Source: Candidatus Kapaibacterium sp.
GTDB lineage: Bacteria > Bacteroidota > Ignavibacteria > Kapaibacteriales > UBA2268
Reading direction: 5' to 3'
Length of the DNA: 64,000 nucleotides
Assembly: GCA_963665665.1 (NCBI GenBank)
Contig: OY762428.1
Coordinates: forward strand, 1,920,001-1,984,000
Shown here: one piece after another, positions 61,051 to 64,000 of the stretch
How the letters are laid out: every line of letters starts with the position of its first letter
How positions within the stretch are numbered: position 1 is the first letter of the stretch
Notes under the pieces: model-generated
What the model was told of the DNA's origin: nothing
What the model saw: the letters and a program-made list of their open reading frames with translations, nothing else
Databases searched by the model: none
Program-made: the position numbers and the translations under genes

Positions 61051-62760
61051 ATGGCAGACAACAACAAAACTGAAAATGAAGAAAATGCTAACAAGCCTTC
61101 CAACTTTATCAAGTCGATAATCAGGGAAGACCTTAAAAATAATAAAAATGATGGCAGGGTGCACACTCGTTTCCCACCGGAACCAAACGGCTACCTGCAT
61201 ATTGGCCATGCCAAATCCATCTGCCTGAACTTTGGGCTGGCAAATGAGTTCGGCGGCAAAACCAACCTCAGGTTCGACGATACCAACCCGAGCAAGGAAG
61301 AAACCGAATACGTAGAATCGATAATGGAAGACGTACACTGGCTGGGATTCGACTGGGAAGACCGCATGTTCTACGCTTCGGATTATTTCGATAAACTTCA
61401 CGCTTATGCTATCCAGCTTATCAAACTTGGCAAAGCGTTCGTATGCGACCTGAATGCCGAGGAAATTCGCGCGCACAGGGGCACGCTAAAGGAACCCGGC
61501 CAGGAAAGTCCCTACCGCAACAGAAGCATCGATGAAAACCTTGATTTATTCGAAAGAATGACAAAAGGCGAATTCCCGGACGGAACCAAAGTACTCAGGG
61601 CAAAAATTGATATGGCCTCGCCAAACCTGAATATGCGCGACCCCGTTATTTACAGGATAATGCACCGCGAACACCACAGGACAGGCGATAAATGGTGCGT
61701 TTACCCGATGTACGACTGGGCGCACGGACTCAGCGATTCTATTGAGGGGATAACACACTCAGTTTGTACTCTTGAGTTTGAAGACCACAGGCCGCTTTAT
61801 GACTGGTGCTTAGAGCAGCTTGGTGTTTTCCATCCACAGCAGATTGAGTTTGCAAGGCTGAACCTAAGCAACACAATAATGAGCAAAAGAAAGCTGCTCC
61901 AGCTTGTTGAAGAAGATATCGTCAGCGGTTGGGACGACCCGAGAATGCCCACAATTTCCGGCTTGCGGCGCAGGGGTTTTACACCCGAATCTATCAGAGA
62001 TTTTGCCGAGAGAATAGGCGTAGCAAAAAAAGACAGCCTTGTTGATTACGCCCTGCTGGAATACTGCGTCCGTGAGGACCTGAATAAGCGCGCACAGAGG
62101 GTAATGGCCGTTCTCAATCCTGTGAAAGTCATCATTGACAACTATCCCGACGATATTGAGGACGAGCTTGATGCCATTAATAATCCTGAAGACGAATCAA
62201 TGGGTAAAAGGAAGGTTCCTTTCTCGAAAGAAATATATATTGAACGAGACGACTTCATGGAAGATCCGCCCAGAAAATTTTTCAGGCTGGCTCCGGGCCG
62301 CGAGGTAAGGTTGCGCTATGCATACCTTGTAACCTGCACCGACGTTGTGAAGGATGAAAACGGTGAAGTAAAAGAAATTCACTGCACTTACGATCCCGAA
62401 TCGCGCGGCGGCAACGCCCCCGACGGAAGAAGAGTGAAGGGCACTATCCACTGGGTATCGGCAAAGCACGGAATCGATGCCGAAGTAAGGCTTTACGAAC
62501 ACCTGCTAACACTGGAAGACCCCGGCGACGCCGAGGAAGGCAAGTCGTTCATGGATTATATTAATACGGACTCCATGCAGACGATCAATGCCAAAGTAGA
62601 GCCTTTCATGCAGGGCAAAGAAGCGGGCTTCCGCTGCCAGTTCGAGCGCAAGGGCTATTTCTGCGTTGATAAGGATAGTACAAATGACAAACTGGTTATT
62701 AACAGGACAACGGGCCTGAGAGATTCCTGGGCAAAGATGCAGCAGAAAAAGAAAAAATAA
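61051..62760 (+). CDS. glnS: Glutamine--tRNA ligase
   Basis: [37 protein letters not shown]. Confidence 0.97.
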   Translation: MADNNKTENEENANKPSNFIKSIIREDLKNNKNDGRVHTRFPPEPNGYLHIGHAKSICLNFGLANEFGGKTNLRFDDTNPSKEETEYVESIMEDVHWLGFDWEDRMFYASDYFDKLHAYAIQLIKLGKAFVCDLNAEEIRAHRGTLKEPGQESPYRNRSIDENLDLFERMTKGEFPDGTKVLRAKIDMASPNLNMRDPVIYRIMHREHHRTGDKWCVYPMYDWAHGLSDSIEGITHSVCTLEFEDHRPLYDWCLEQLGVFHPQQIEFARLNLSNTIMSKRKLLQLVEEDIVSGWDDPRMPTISGLRRRGFTPESIRDFAERIGVAKKDSLVDYALLEYCVREDLNKRAQRVMAVLNPVKVIIDNYPDDIEDELDAINNPEDESMGKRKVPFSKEIYIERDDFMEDPPRKFFRLAPGREVRLRYAYLVTCTDVVKDENGEVKEIHCTYDPESRGGNAPDGRRVKGTIHWVSAKHGIDAEVRLYEHLLTLEDPGDAEEGKSFMDYINTDSMQTINAKVEPFMQGKEAGFRCQFERKGYFCVDKDSTNDKLVINRTTGLRDSWAKMQQKKKK

Positions 62761-62785
62761 TTAAAAATACAAAATATATTAGAAT

Positions 62786-62820
62786 ACATCCGATGACTTA
62801 AAGTCATCGGATGTTTTTTT
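62786..62820 (+). terminator. Intrinsic terminator (REP-like hairpin)
   Basis: acatccgatgactt-a-aagtcatcggatgt followed by a T run; similar hairpins at about 40130 and 42465. Confidence 0.85.
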
Positions 62821-63219
62821 ATAAAGTCCTGATAAGTAATATAGTTATAAAATCATAAATACTTGTGAAAAATAATTATGATTATTTGTTTTTTTCTTGC
62901 TTTTTCAATTTCTTTTATTTAAGTTCATGTCAGATCATATTAAGTGTATTTTATAACAGAGCCAATGCTTTTATTAAGCCAAAATTATTGGAGGTTGAGA
63001 TGAACAGAAGCCCGTAGCAGAATATTATCCCCATAACAGCAATAATAAAAAGGCCGGGGAAAGCCCCGACCCCACATTGACTCTACGTTCCCACCGAAAA
63101 GGAATATTATAGAGGACAATGTGCCATATTTTTCAGACGCTCTTGCGTTTGCTGTATTGCGTTGCAGTAAATGCAATGAAATTTTCAAAAAATGTAAAAA
63201 TAACAAAATAGTGTGATAT

Positions 63220-63840
63220 ATGAAAAAGACAATATTTTTAATATTTGCAGTATTAGTGCTTTCGTTTAGTTTAAGCCAAAATGCTGAAGCAGGTTGTTCT
63301 CCTGGATGGGATGAGTATTCAGTATCCGGAACATATTACCACAATGGTACATTGTGCAATTATACTGCTTATTACTGCGTTTTTGTCGATGCTATGGGAA
63401 TGATAAATTCTTATATTGACAGGATTTCTATTGATTACGCATGTATTGATGTTTTTACGGAAGATGGATTTTGGATGAATGTTGAGAATGAAGTTATAAA
63501 TCACTTAATAGAAAATGGTAGTTTCTCTCAATGCCCATTGTCTTCATACAATGTATCAATAAAAAGAAGTCAATGTTGGAAAGTAATAAATATACCCTGC
63601 CAAGGAATCTACGAAATTGTAAATTGCGGTTATGTTGGTGCATGCCAGTATCTATATAAAGTATGTACTGACTATACCCAAAATCCACCGGAAAATCAGT
63701 GGGAAATTGTTTCCAGACAAGCGATCGGAACAGCTGATTGTAACGATCAGGGATTGCCGGACTTACCCCCAGACGGAAAAACAAAAGAAGATGAATGGGA
63801 AACAGATTGTTTTCTGATTGGATGTTTTAATTGTAATTAA
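63220..63840 (+). CDS. Cysteine-rich secreted hypothetical protein
   Basis: Signal peptide ending AEA; 14 Cys in the mature part. Confidence 0.75.
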   Translation: MKKTIFLIFAVLVLSFSLSQNAEAGCSPGWDEYSVSGTYYHNGTLCNYTAYYCVFVDAMGMINSYIDRISIDYACIDVFTEDGFWMNVENEVINHLIENGSFSQCPLSSYNVSIKRSQCWKVINIPCQGIYEIVNCGYVGACQYLYKVCTDYTQNPPENQWEIVSRQAIGTADCNDQGLPDLPPDGKTKEDEWETDCFLIGCFNCN

Positions 63841-63896
63841 TTATTATGCTTCCTTGGCTTATGTCAAGGAAGCAATTTTATTGAAAAGGTGATTTT

Positions 63897-64000
63897 ATGT
63901 TGAAATATTTATTATTTATTTTTTTTCCGATAATTGCTTTCTCTAACGAACTAAATTTCGACTATAAAAGATTGACCATTGATTATTCGGGAATTGCTTC
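63897..64000 (+). CDS. 5' end of a secreted protein (truncated by the window)
   Basis: MLKYLLFIFFPIIAFSNELNFDYKRLTIDYSGIA open to the window end. Confidence 0.55.
   Translation, partial: MLKYLLFIFFPIIAFSNELNFDYKRLTIDYSGIA

Noticed and set aside
60991-61476. Long antisense ORFs over glnS, dnaK, metG and ptsI
   Set aside because: Shadow frames of conserved, codon-biased genes

Overview
AT-rich bacterial window whose gene content (many T9SS-type C-terminal domains, CotH/LTD proteins, FISUMP, DUF3098-era, long KamA, glnS, ptsHI) suggests the Bacteroidota-Chlorobi-Ignavibacteria group, possibly Kapabacteria-like (inference). Housekeeping genes (yicC, era, yihY, dnaK, two hsp20, metG, mscS, trpF, fbp, ptsI/ptsH, glnS) alternate with accessory blocks. 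The most notable block is a ~12 kb minus-strand run (3556-15653). It starts with an ECF sigma factor and a probable dual-membrane-spanning anti-sigma factor (N-terminal anti-sigma region, TM helix, low-complexity linker, beta-barrel-like C-terminus). These are followed by seven tandem lipoproteins sharing a MKKLSI...C-x-D-A-T-T-x-P leader on partly unrelated bodies, then a propeller-like protein and two pairs of small OMP-like paralogs. A promoter-like motif TGARAC-N15-GTGYY lies before the sigma gene and both CotH paralogs. Other items: a repeat-flanked NYN nuclease cassette with a double-hairpin leader, mosaic WD40/T9SS duplicates, an XRE-Panacea/RelE-like TA pair, a Cys-less HMA protein, an unannotated sigma54-type small gene, REP/MITE-like repeats and several pseudogenes. 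No rRNA, tRNA, CRISPR array, integrase or reverse transcriptase was recognised. All family assignments come from motif recognition by eye, without database searches.
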